This document shows, piece after piece, positions 49,638-60,504 of a stretch of DNA of 64,000 nt. Below the pieces are notes generated by a model. It saw only the letters and a list, made by a program, of their open reading frames with translations. It was not told the origin of the DNA and searched no databases. The stretch comes from Sphyrna mokarran (lineage: Eukaryota). The position numbers and the translations under genes were made by a program. Where the stretch lies: positions 40,672,001 to 40,736,000 of the forward strand of contig JAGIQG010000008.1 in the NCBI GenBank assembly GCA_024679065.1. Reading direction: 5' to 3'. Every line of letters begins with the position of its first letter. Position 1 is the first letter of the stretch.

Positions 49638-51020
49638 ATGGATCTCAGTCTTATCGATCTAGAGCTGGCCATTGTGGTGGCGGTTGAGAAGGAGGAGGTG
49701 GCTCAGAAGGTGGAGGGCATAGGTAGGCCAGGGGGCTGCCACTGATGGCCATGAGGTGGCTCCTGAAAGGATGGCTAGGGGTAGGAGAATGCAGTCTAGG
49801 CAGTATCAGAACAGGACATCACTTCAGGGCTTATCAGAGGTGATGTGCCATCACTGTGAACATAGCAGGCAAGGATAGCATGTAACTTGTTGTGCGAGCA
49901 TGACCATTATGCTCCTTTGAACCATTGCCATGAGTGCAACTATAGCATTCCCTTCTAGACATGTATTGCAGGTCAGGGACACGGTGCTGGGATAGACTCC
50001 TAATTATCTCAAGATGGGTTCTCATTTACTGCAGAGTACATGCAGCATGAGTATCCATCTAATATCACCAGTGTGAACTGCTCTAACAACTAGCACCTCA
50101 GGAGGAGAGGTCACCTGCTCCCACTAGAAGTTTTACGCAACAGGATCATTTCACGCACCCAGTGGCAACCTATGTGGAATCTTGCAGGCCTCAGTCCACA
50201 GATGCATTGCCGGGTGACAGATGCCTTGAACGCTTACCAACATATCCATTTTGATATTGGAGAGGGTCAGCAGGAGGCTGGCACTGCAGGATTTATAATC
50301 CAACCGATTTATTTGATAGTAAAAAAGCGAGCTTTCAACACTCTGTGTCTTCCTCAGGCAAATGCAGTGTTGCCTGAGGAAGACACAGAGTGTTGAAAGC
50401 TCGCTTTTTTACTATCAAATAAATCGGTTGGATTATAAATTGGTGTTGCTAAATTCTTACTGAGTTCTTACCACCCCAATCCAATGCCGGCATCTGTATA
50501 TCATGACTGCAGGATTTGCCACTATTGCAGGGATGCCTTATGTGCAGGGGGCAGTGGATAGTTCCCCATGATGTGATGGGCAACCATTTAATAACAGAAA
50601 GGGATTCAAATTGTATGTGACCGTCAGATGAACATTGCAAGTCTGTGCACGCCACTCAGGTTACATGTAAGATTATTTGTGTTATGATACAACTTTTGTC
50701 CTACAAAAGCAATTAGTATTGGCTTACAATTACAGTGTTAAGACTAATTGCTTTTTTTATGGGAATTCTATGTGCTGTCGTGGCCGAACATCTCTGGGCT
50801 CGTCAAAGACCAGCATAGACTACCAGGATAACTCATGAGGACAATGGGTACTTGCTGCTATGGTGAGGCCCACACTGCCATCCAGTCCATAGTGGACTGT
50901 TGCATAGGCCTGCTGAAGATGCAGTTCCGCTGCCAGTGCCACTCTGGGGGTGCCCTCCAGTATGAACCTATGTGGGTGTCATGCATAATTGTACGTTGCA
51001 CCCCGCACAACACAGCGCAT
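49638..51020 (+). pseudogene. Harbinger DDE transposase (HARBI1-like), disrupted
   Basis: FYATGSFH..GNLCGI.QASVHRCI; FATIAGMPYVQGAVD; FNNRKGF; YGEAH..IGLLKMQFRC..SGGALQYEP..IIV..HN (ORF 50835-51158). Confidence 0.88.
50295..50505. mobile_element. Head-to-head family-A pLTR element inserted in the transposase, 12-bp TSD
   Basis: Perfect 71-bp arms 50291-50361 and 50370-50440; actgcaggattt at 50283-50294 and 50506-50517; both arms carry CUGAGGA-A-GACAC-AGA-GUGUU-GAAA-GCUC. Confidence 0.92.
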
Positions 51021-51779
51021 CAGCAGGGAGACCAGCTGGAGGAGAAGGATCAACATCGTCAGGCAGAACTCAACCACTTGCCAATGAGGAGCAGAGGATG
51101 GAGGACAGGTGACAATGGCAGGTATCTAGCAGGGAGGGTTGCAAGGGAGCCCAGATAGCAGCTTTAACTAGCTGGTGCCGTGCAGTGAGGAGGCTGCTCC
51201 CAACATCTTTCCACCACACCCCAGAAACTACTGCAACTGTCACCCCATCCCAAAGCTGCCCACTCAACTCATATGACTCTTCTGCTACCTTACTCTCTCC
51301 CACCCTCCTTCAGCAGCCCCCCCCCACCCCCACACACGAGACATTGGGTCTTGGCTGAAACTGCTCACAACTCTTTGGTGAAGGCTTGAGGATGCTACTC
51401 TGGTGCCTCTCAAGTCTGTCTTTTACCTGTTCTCTGAATGAACACTGTCACCTGAGCCCAGGTAGCAGAAAGAGTTGGGAATATCATAAATGTGTGGAGC
51501 AATGGGTCAGGGGTGGAGGGGTGCAGGGTGCATGTTGTGGGTGGTGTTTGACGAAGGATCCAGTGGATGTTGAGGAAAGCAGGGCAGGTGGTGAATAACT
51601 TTTGGCTGAGGGGCTGATATTGTGCAGCACAGGAATCTACGCCTTGATGCACGAGATTGAGTGCACTCTGTGATGGGAGAATCAGAGACAGATTAGTCAT
51701 AGCTGTGAGACACAAAACATTTAATTGTGGTCTTAGCATTGACCAAAACTTAACCCTGATTACTGCTGACCATAACCTC

Positions 51780-53824
51780 TTAGTGACCTTACAACTTTCT
51801 AATCTTCTGTGGTCTACTGCTTCATCTAGAAGCTCCCCCAGGATGCACGTCAGAAGTGGAGGTGTCCCACTGTGATCCATGCCTCGTTGCCTGTGATCCC
51901 CTGGGGGTTAAGACCTGGAAGACCCGGCTGACTTCTGGATGACGCTGATGTTTCTGTGCTACCCTGTTTGTTCAGCTAGCCCCGAGATGGTCCAGTGTGA
52001 GGAATAGGGGAATCAGAAGGTCTCAGGACGTCCAGAGCCTTTTGGGTGGAAGGCCCCAACATGGGCTGCAGCCCTTCCTTCTCCCTTGGGTGCCATAGCC
52101 CAGGGACACTATGAATTAACTGGACAGAGCTCCAGAAAATCCAATATCACCTGGCTCTCCAGTCCTGGAGACCCAGACATATCTGCCCCATGGGGATATG
52201 ATCCCTCAACGCTGGCCTTCGGAGATTGGGGCAAGCTCTGCAGCCCTTCAGCATTAGTCCTCCTGAGACTGGGCTAAGTTGTTGAGGCCCACCGCCATGG
52301 TCTGCTGTCTCCCCAGAATTCCTGTGGGAGCCCCAGCTATGGCCAGCAGTGTCTCCAACATGCCTCCCAACACCCGTGACCATGGACTGATGTACCTTGT
52401 CTGTGACCTGCTGTGTCTCTGCCAGGTCCTGTTATGTCTCCAGAATTGCAATGAGAGCCCCAGCCATAGCCAACTATGTTTCCAACATGGCCTTGACACC
52501 CATGGCCATGGACCGATAATGCCTCCAGCATGCTAGTGACATCCTTGGTCATGGCCAGCTATGTCTCAGGATGGCCTGCACTCTGTCACCCATGAAGCCA
52601 GACCCCTGTACCAGACTTTCCACTGCAGTGTTGGCCTGGTTAATACACTGTGCTGGCAACACTACCTGCAATAGCGCTCTGTTTGACTCCTCTAGACAGC
52701 CTTGCAGTCGCAGCATGGTTGCTGACAGCTCATCCACAACTCCCCCTGTTTGCTAATGCATCTCCACCAACTTCAGGAGGAATGAACTCTGAGGCCCAGC
52801 ATTTGGCTTGGGGTCAGCTGATCTTCTTCCTCTGGCAGGCTTACATATGGCCCAAACTCTCAGATGTACCCACCTCAACCCAATGTGCATCAGCAACAGC
52901 AATGTGCTCACCAGGAAGTGACCCAAAAGCTTCAGAACTAACATGAGCCACCATAGTCTCTACGTTGGTGGGTTGTGTGGTTGATGTCTGAGCCGAATTA
53001 CTAGTGCTGTCCTTGGATTCCTCTGAGTTGTTTCCCAAGGTTTCCATGGGAGTTGGATCAGGAGCAGCAGTGGAGTTGTGACATCATTATGGCCTGGTGC
53101 ATCAAGGTCCAGTACTCTAAGAAAGAACACATGTTAGTGAGGGAGGAAAAACAGCCTGCGTAACATATCACTTACTTCAAAGACTTATGGATAGGGTTCA
53201 GCTGATGCTCACTTGCGTGCTGGACTCTGACCTGGCTGTTGTTGACCATTCTAGGTGCTGTCTCCCCCCGACTCTAGGCCATGCTACTCAAACCGTCAAC
53301 AGCCACAGCTCAGGTACATCTTCACCAGTTGTGCAGGCTGTGTGCTTTTTTCTGTGGGAATGTGGGGATTGAAAGCATGATGTATGGAAGGGCATGGAGT
53401 GCAATGTATGTTGGGGTTGGGAGCTCGTGTTGGCTGTTTTGAGGAAATGGGTCCCCAAAGTGGGGGATGCTGATTGGGCTGGGGGTGGTTGCTGGAGGCA
53501 GCAGTAAGGGGGCTGGGTTACTGTAGCTGTCCTCAAGGTGTCAAGAGATAGTTTGACATTGTAAGTACAACACATGTACAGGTTTCAGAATGGGATGCAC
53601 ACGCACCTTTGCAATCTGAAGAGGTCATTCATTCTCTGGACCAAGGGATCAGAATCTTAGCATTCACAGCAGATGCCACTGCCTCCCATAACACGCTTGC
53701 TACATGACCCCTTGAACAACGACTATGAATGGGCTACAGCAGATGGCACCTCTCCTCCACTGTATCTAGCATGCATGCCTGCTTACTTTCAGAAAATCTG
53801 AGACCGGATTTCTTTTGGGGCCAT
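51780..53824 (-). pseudogene. Harbinger second gene (Myb/SANT-like with coiled coil), intron-containing, disrupted
   Basis: From ATG 53824: MAPK/LRFSE..MLDTVEER..LL*P..LWEAVASAVNA..RMNDL, then donor GTGCGT at 53606; acceptor tttcttag near 53118; LQGCLEESNR coiled coil. The 3' end is approximate. Confidence 0.72.
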
Positions 53825-54133
53825 CTTCTTGGCATGACTGCTTGTGTGTCCATAATTGCAACTTATGTACAGCTCTGGCTCGTCGAGGGGTTCTAGGTGC
53901 AGTCAGTTTGGACTAGTCATAGGCCCATTAATTAAATTTCATTATGAATAATGTATAGGCAACCTGGTTCAATAGAGGATGCTGATTGAATTAACTCAAC
54001 AAGTTATTGTGTCCAGAGGGAGAAGGCGTGCCATGCTCAAGGCTGTAACTCAACAAGGGGGAATGCTCGCTGGCATTAGGTGTGCATGGCAGCACAGCGT
54101 TCTGTGTGAGAAGGGGAATGAATGGGGAGTGAT

Positions 54134-54352
54134 GGGGAGGCCAGCTATATCCAGGTCAGTGGGGGATGGGGAAGTCAGCTATGTCCGGTCCGGGTCAGTG
54201 GGGAATTGGGAGGCCAGCTACGTCTGGGTCTGTGGATCATTGGGAGGCCAGAAGAGGAGGGTAAGAGGCCACTAATATTCACGGGGGGAAGTAAGAGGCC
54301 AGCGATCAGGTCAGCAATGTATGTGGGGGGGGGTTGAGGCCAGCAATCTCAG
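54134..54352. repeat. Subterminal gaggccag-core repeats of the Harbinger
   Basis: About 7 copies of (gg)gaggccagc..ggtcag spaced ~25-42 bp. Confidence 0.7.
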
Positions 54353-54689
54353 TGCTGGGGGGATTTGTTTAGCAATCTCCCAGTGATCAGCGCACGTGTG
54401 GTGGCTCATTCAGCGTGCTGATTTCAGCCTCTGTAGTGGGAAAACATCCCGCCCCTAGATTTTTCACACAATTTATGAGAGTGCCCTCTGCCGTGCACAG
54501 AGTAGAGAATTCATTTTGAAAATCCTGCTGCAAAAACTAGCGTGATTTACTCCAGTTTTCATGCAAATTCAACACTTCGAATTTTTTTGGGAAAATCAAC
54601 CCCCATGTCTTTGAGGTAGGCTTTGACTAAAAAACACATGAATATAGCTCATGTACCTGAAGGAAAAAGCCATAGAAGTTGGTGGTATA

Positions 54690-55165
54690 ACAGGCACTTG
54701 TAAGGAGCTCTAAGCCTTAAACTGTGCATGTACAGCACTTGAAAACACCAGTGCATGATTTGTAATGAGTCCACAGCAGTCAGCCCAGCATCGGTAATGA
54801 ACTCATAATCATCAATACCGTTTCCATAATGAAGCCAAAGTTAGCAATGGACAGCACAGCATGTGTACCTAATCTCAGAGTTAATAGTATAATACTTGTA
54901 GTGAACCTGGAGTTAATAGCATAGCAATGACAATAAACATGAAACTGTCAGCACAATGGCTGTTATTAAACTACAGTTAACCACACATCTATACTGAATC
55001 CAGAGTTGTCTGCACAACAATTATAATGAACTTGACAGTTGAAAGTGCAATATTTGTAATTAATTTGTAATTTACGCAGCCCAGGATCAACTGTCAACAC
55101 TGATAGTGAACGAAGAATTGATAGCACAACATTTGTACTGAACTATGATGATCATAGCATTTAGT
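54690..55165. repeat. Highly diverged ~32-bp tandem array
   Basis: Units such as gtagtgaacctggagttaatagcatagcaatg, atactgaatccagagttgtctgcacaacaatt and atagtgaacgaagaattgatagcacaacattt. Confidence 0.7.
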
Positions 55166-55194
55166 TGTATGTAAAGATTTTCATTACTATGATG

Positions 55195-57418
55195 TATTAA
55201 TCCTATCTACATCCCTCATTCTACCAATGAAGTTCTTTAAAATAACAATTTCCAGTTTACTAGCCTTAACAAACTCCTTTTCTCCATGGACATCCAATCT
55301 CTCTATTCCTCCATCCACCACACAGTGGGAGCTCACTGCTTTTTCATTAAATGGACACTCACCCAGTCTCCATCCACTAGCACCCTTCTCAAGTTGGCTA
55401 AACGTCTTCTTACATTGAACAGTTTCTTATTTAACTCCTCTAATTTCCTCACAAATGAGGTCTCTTTAGGGAACCCTTATGGGTTGTAAATATGCCTGAA
55501 TTTTTGTAGAATATGTGGAACATTTCTTGTTCCAGTTCTACTCAGATTCTTTCCTTAAACCTTATTTCTCTGATACTTCTGGGTGGCGCAGTAAGGAGTA
55601 ACCGTGGGTTAGCACCACGCATCTTAGTGCCAGGGATCCAGGTTTGATTCCCAGTTTGGGTCACTGTCTGTTATAGAATTTGCACATTCTCCTTTGTCTG
55701 CATGGGTTTTCTCTGGGTGCTCTCATTTCCTCCCACAGACCAAAGGCATGCGCATTAGGTGGATTGGCCATGCTATATTGCTCCTTAGTGTCAGGTGGAC
55801 TAGCTCGGATAAATGCATGCGGTTATGAGGATAGCGCCTGAATGGGATTGTGGTTGGTGCAGACTTGATGGACCGAATGGCTGCCTCCTGCACCATAGGA
55901 TTCTATGATACTTTGACTGTATTAGTGCTGCTTTCTCCTCATTGTCAAGGACTGGAAAATTTAATCATTTTTACTTCCAATTTACACCTTATTCCCACTT
56001 TCACTTGGTTCATCTCTGACTCTTCCCTTCCTGAATGTCCCTGTCTCAATTTCAGGCTCTGAACGCATATTCACTATAAGTCCATTGATTTTTTTTTTTA
56101 TCCAGCTACTATACTTCATCACACTCTGAAGAACTCTGCTCCGTTTTCTCAATTTCTTCCACCTTGTCACATCTATTCTGATGACACAAATCTCCTTACC
56201 AGTGTTCCACTCCATCTTCCTGATTTCTCAGCTGAAAATTCCCCCTCCACTATGGTCAACAGGGCACTTGACCATATCCGTTTCACTTTACACACTTCTA
56301 ATCTCCCTCTTTCTCCTGTTTCCAGAATCACAATAGGGAGTCCTGTCCTCACTTCCCATCCATCAGTATCCAATCGCAATGATCATCCTATGCCATTTCC
56401 TGCACCTCAGGCATGATGTCCCCATTAAACACATCTTCTCCACCCACCCCTTTGGACATTGCAAAGGTACTGTTCCTTCCGTAATGCTCTGTGTCCAGTC
56501 TTTGATTGCTCCCATTACCCCATCCCACAGCACCTTTCATCTATTTTCATAGGTCTAAGGCCCCAAATACTGTTTTCATGTGAAACAGCAATCTGTGTAT
56601 TTCTTTCAATTTTGTATATTATAGTCGCTGCTTATGATGCTGTTTACTCTATACTGGAGGTGCCAAAATTATGGTGGAACACTGTAATTCATATTGTAAG
56701 CATAACTAAGTTTTCAATTATCTGTCATGTTAATTCTTTTCTCCACTTCCACTTTACAAGAGACTTAGGACAGAGAAGTTAATATTTCAATGAAGCTGAA
56801 TGTAAACTCACCTTTAATTAGGCACTTTACAACCTTCTGAACTCAGCTTTAAAGTAAACAAATCAAAATATTGTAACCTCTGCCCCCAATTTGTTATTTC
56901 TTTCCCCAATTTGGGATTTTTTGAATTTTGAATGGCAGCTGTTCATAACTGCCATTCACGCCTTCTTTAGCTATGTCTTCTGTTTATAAAAGCAAATTAC
57001 TGTGGATGCTGGAATCTGAAAGAAAAGCAAAAAGTGCTAGAAAATCTCAACAGATCTGACAACATCTGTAGAAAGAGAACAGCGTGAACATTTCAAGTCT
57101 GGATGACTGTCATTTTTTGTTTCTTTACTTTTAACGTTTGCCTTTTGCCGTGCATTATTAACCTTTTTGACATTTAGTCTTTCCTGTCTTCTATCATTCA
57201 CTGAGCTTTTATTTCTTTTTCCTCCTTTCTCCATTTCCCTGCCTCTATATTTGCTTAAAACCTATTAATTAAAACTCTAACTTTTTCCAGTTCTGATGAA
57301 AGATCAGTAACCCGATCAACTGATTTGTGTCTTCACAGATTCTGCCAGACCACTGAGTTTTTCCAGTATTTTCTGATTTTGTTTCAAATTTTCAGCATCT
57401 GATGTATTTTACTCTTCT
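55195..57418 (+). mobile_element. Decayed PLE (family B): RT region to pLTR
   Basis: MDIQSLYSSIH (ORF 55286); pLTR with ctgatgaaag at 57293; inverted pLTR piece at 56987-57110. Confidence 0.75.
55580..55910 (+). mobile_element. HE1-type V-SINE nested in PLE
   Basis: gggtggcgcagt..gggttagcac..ggtttgattccc..taggattctatgat. Confidence 0.85.
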
Positions 57419-58287
57419 ACAATTATACTGCCCCTTTCATTGCAATACAATGTGAATTTTACATAACACATTGGTTAACTAAGTGCATGTCCTCATCTAG
57501 GATCCAAGTGTACAAAAATTGAGTAATGTGAATCTTCTGCAAAAGTCACGCTCACACCATTTTTAGTTTGCACCAGCTGTGGGACAATTCCAGTTATGTG
57601 TAAAACAAGTGGATCAGTTGGAACTTGGAATTTATTCATATTGGAACTTATTCACAGTAGGATGATGTGGCAAATCTCACATATGCCCAACTGACATGGG
57701 AAGCTGTGTTGTGTGGATGTCACAGAATCACAGAATTGTTATAGCACAAGTGGGAAGCCACTTGGCCAATCATATCTGTGCTGGTTCCCCAGAGGGGCAA
57801 GTTATCTTGTGCCAGTCCCTCATCTTCTCCAGATGACCTTGCCCATTTTTCTTTTCAGACAACAATCTAATTCCATCATAATAATCAAGAGTCATCCAGA
57901 CTTGAAACCTTGGCTCTATTGTCTTTTCACAGATGGAGTCAGACCTGCTGAGATTTTCCAACATTTTCTGTTTTTGTTTCAGATTCCAGCATCCACAGTA
58001 ATTTGTTTTATCTTAGTTTTTAACTAATTGCCATTTCTCTTCCAGGAATGTCAAGCCTGAAGAAGTACGGCTCTTCTTTCTGACAAGATTTCCATTTGTT
58101 TCTTTTGCTCTGTCCAATTCATTGCTTTCCATTTCTGTTCTGGTGCTTGACAAGGTATTTACCAAAACTCATTTTCACAGCCATATTGCCTTCCTCAGTG
58201 ACTGTCTCTATCTCTGACTTACCCCACATGGATTCCAACAGAAGTTCCATCCCTCACCTTTTGAATCCACCTGGGATTACAGATATC

Positions 58288-58509
58288 AGTAAAGTTTTGC
58301 AACACCAATTTAAAATCCAACCAATTTATTTGATAGTAAATCCACGAGCTTTCGACACTATGTTGTGCCTTCGTCAGGCAAATGCAGTGTTCTGATCTGC
58401 AGAGGCACTCATATCCACACAGACAGTTACATACTGCTGGTTGGATTTTAAATTGGTGTTGCAAAACTTTACTGAGTTTACCCCAGTCCAACGCCGGCAT
58501 CTCTACATC
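58288..58509. mobile_element. Asymmetric head-to-head family-A pLTR element with perfect 12-bp TSD
   Basis: attacagatatc at 58276-58287 and 58510-58521; arms ~58287-58322 and ~58439-58474; tail ccccagtccaacgccggcatctctacatc. Confidence 0.92.
58340..58383 (-). ncRNA. Intact minimal type-I hammerhead ribozyme
   Basis: AUUUGC-CUGACGA-A-GGCAC-AACAUA-GUGUC-GAAA-GCUC^GUGGAU; stem I is kept with G-U pairs. Confidence 0.8.
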
Positions 58510-59647
58510 ATTACAGATATCTCCAGGATTTGCAATGTTCCTCAGACTGCTGTTTTTGCCACATACTGCCATTGGCACATACTTGATATCTCTCTCCAGC
58601 AGCACCAACTCTCACTAAGCTCTCCTTGTCCCCAGTTTCATTTCATTCTTTGTCTTATCTGACATCTTAACAATAATTTTTTTTTCTCTTCCTTTCAGGT
58701 ATTAAGAAACGTAAACTCCAACAACTCCCTCTTAGGAGTCGCTTTCCTGTCCCATCCCTTGGATCCCATCCCTTCTAACCCCAGCCTTGGCCATATATTC
58801 ACCATATCCTCCGACCTTCCCCTCTGTAAAGCCGGACATGCTGTACCCAGCAAAGGACTTGGCTTACACATGTCCTGACCTCAACCAATTCTAAAAACAA
58901 CTGGATGCTAAACTTTTCTTTCGCCGCCTTTATCTCCATGTTCTCTTCTTTAGGTAGGAGTCCTCTCCCCCATTCAGCCGATCCTTTCATCCACCTCCAG
59001 CATTCTCCCTCCACCTGGACCCATCCTCTGGCGTCTTACCTGCTCTTGATCTTTACATTGAACATTCTTGGTTTGACATTGGCCATTGCAATTTCTCTCT
59101 CCTCTCACCTACCCAAATCTGTCGCCTTCTGAACTTGCTGCACTTTGCTCACTCGGGTCCAATTCTGACTTTATCATCAAACCTGCTGACAAGGTTAATG
59201 CTTTTGTTGCCTGGTGTATTGATCTCTACCTCACAGAGGCTGAGAGCTAACTCTCGGACATTTTCTCCTACCTTCCCCTGGAATATAACTCTACCACTGA
59301 ACATCAAGCTACTCTCTCCAGGACTGTCACTGATCTTATCTCTGGAGGTCTTTTCTCCACAGCTTCTAACTTCATAGTTTCCCCAGCCGTGACAACCCAT
59401 GCTTGTCTCCTTCCCAAAATTCACAAACAGGCTGTCCTGACAGGTCCATTATGTTCTTGCCCCACTGAACTAAATTTTTTCTATCTTGATTTCATTCTCT
59501 TTCCTCTTATCCAGTCCCTTCCCAACTACATCACTGAATTCTCTGATGTCTTTTGCCATATCAACAAATGCCAGTTCCCTGGCCTAAATCATCACCTCCT
59601 CACCATGGATATCCAATCCCTCTACACCTTCATTCACACTCAGATGG

Positions 59648-59739
59648 CCTGAGAGTTCTTTGCTTCTTCCTCACACAGAAGCCTGAACAATCTCCTGAGA
59701 GTTCTTTGCTTCTTCCTCACACAGAAGCCTGAACAATCT
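59648..59739. repeat. 46-bp perfect tandem duplication
   Basis: cctgagagttctttgcttcttcctcacacagaagcctgaacaatct twice. Confidence 0.95.
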
Positions 59740-60405
59740 CCATCTACCAGCACCACTCTCCTCTGGCTGAACTACTTCTCCCACTCAACAATTTCTCCTT
59801 TAACTTGTCTCACTTCCTCCAAATAAAAGCTGTGGCTATGGGTACCCACATGTCTTTTATTGGGTATGTTAAGCATTCCCTGTTCCTGTCCTATTCTGGC
59901 TGTCTCTCACAACTCTTTTGTCAATACATCAGCGACAATTTCAGTGTCACTTCTTCGTGTCCTTGTCTGAACCTGGAAAAATTTATCAATGTTTGTTTTC
60001 AATTTCCACACCTTTACCACCTTCTCATGGTCCATCTCTGATACTTCTCTTCCCTTCCTTTGCCTATCTGTTTCCATTTCTGGTGATAGACTGCCCACCA
60101 TCTATTTCAAGCCCACCAACTCCCACAGCTACCTTGATTACAGCTGTTCATACCGACATCCTGTAAGGATTCCATCCCAATTCCTTTGCCTCCGCCGCAT
60201 CTGTTCTGATGATGCCACTTTACAAAATGGCACTCTGATATGTCTTCCTCCTTCCCAAATCAATGTAAGCCTTCTGAACTGAACACTGAGTTCAACAACT
60301 TCAGAGCATGAACTCTCTCTTCCACATCTCCATTTATTTTATTTCACTTCTTTTCATTCGCAGTCCTACACTCTGCACCTTTAAATGTTTTGCCATTTAC
60401 ATATT

Positions 60406-60446
60406 GAGCTCTGATGAAGGGTCATCTTGACTCAAAATATTAGCTC
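60406..60446 (+). ncRNA. Decayed family-B hammerhead motif
   Basis: GAGCU-CUGAUGA-A-GGGUC-AUCUU-GACUC-aAAA-uaUU-AGCUC: stems I and II intact, GAAA changed, consistent with CpG decay. Confidence 0.6.
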
Positions 60447-60504
60447 TATTCTTTTCCATTGTCAGAGCTGCTGAGATTTTCCAGCATTTTCTGTTTTTGT
60501 TTTG

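Larger units (their letters stand above)
48551..54604 (+). mobile_element. PIF/Harbinger DNA transposon, near full length, decayed
   Basis: Imperfect TIRs gggggcgattctccc (48551) and gggaaaatcaaccccc (54589-54604); convergent transposase and Myb/SANT genes. Confidence 0.85.
57888..60503 (+). mobile_element. Long decayed PLE (family B): partial pLTR, ORF, pLTR; endonuclease deleted
   Basis: LLPKIHK, TMDIQSLYT, HFLQIKAVAMGTHM, IYFKPTNSHSYLDY and SQFLCLRRICSDD; direct pLTR copies at 57888-58015 and 60406-60503. Confidence 0.85.

Noticed and set aside
49638-51020. Domesticated HARBI1 gene
   Set aside because: Frameshifts, insertions and flanking TIRs show it is a dead transposon copy.
32018-54656. 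Shared 13-mer atagctcatgtac at 32018 and 54644
   Set aside because: Tens of such matches are expected by chance in 64 kb, and the flanks do not extend.
54690-55165. CRISPR-like array
   Set aside because: There is no invariant repeat with unique spacers and no cas genes; the context is eukaryotic and whole units are diverged.
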